DNA of 6,578 nucleotides from Paraspadella gotoi (Eukaryota; Animalia; Chaetognatha): assembly GCA_051294375.1 (NCBI GenBank), contig JBJCIZ010001245.1:1-6578 (forward strand), in the 5' to 3' direction. The translations under genes and the position numbers were made by a program. Below are positions 6,351 through 6,578 of the stretch, piece after piece. Below the pieces are notes generated by a model. The model saw nothing but the letters and a program-made list of their open reading frames with translations, was not told the DNA's origin and did not search any database. Within the stretch, counting starts at the first letter, position 1. Each line of letters opens with the position of its first letter.

Positions 6351-6578
6351 TATATAAATATATAATATAAAAATTATAATTCTAAATCATGTTACCGTCT
6401 GTAAAATCCATCCGTTAAACTCCTAAAATTAAATCGACCGAATTTTGATACTGCGGTCATTGAGAGATGACGCTTTTGCAATTAACAGAACCGTCCTTGT
6501 CAATTCAAAAAGCCAATTCAATCGACTTGGGCGGACCTGACGGTGTCATCGTCTCCACCGACTCACTGTTTCATACTC

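Noticed and set aside
1404-6365. Remaining short ORFs (1404-1640, 1667-1900, 2616-2804, 2799-2993, 4410-4604, 5265-5486, 5366-5575, 5655-5900, 6168-6365)
   Set aside because: They are short, F/L/S/K-biased products of A/T runs or microsatellites, mostly with non-ATG starts, and show no recognisable homology.

Overview
This window is AT-rich, microsatellite-dense DNA that reads as eukaryotic nuclear non-coding sequence (intergenic or intronic). I find no supportable protein-coding gene, rRNA, tRNA, CRISPR array or recognisable transposon. Most supplied ORFs are translations of (GA)n, (GAAA)n, (TTC)n or poly-T/A tracts, or of stop-poor GC islands. CpG is not visibly depleted and TCG/CGA words are abundant, which fits a weakly methylated genome such as a hymenopteran insect or a protist; the taxon cannot be fixed from the sequence. 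Three non-trivial signals are best supported. (1) Four same-orientation CCAAT boxes with NF-Y-type flanks, spaced about 3 helical turns apart, next to a GC box (145-257). (2) A GC/CpG island (about 3105-3440) with CTCF/YY1-like, AP-1/ARE and Sp/KLF motifs. (3) A short dispersed element (AGCTTCGCA-N7-10-CCCAAGGGGCTG...CCCTTT..AAAG) present twice in the same orientation (545-600, 3920-3982), with a possible third relative (5881-5902) and shared hairpin/pseudoknot potential. Hints of coding under reassigned stop codons exist but are weak and mutually inconsistent. I cannot claim a new biological system from this window alone.
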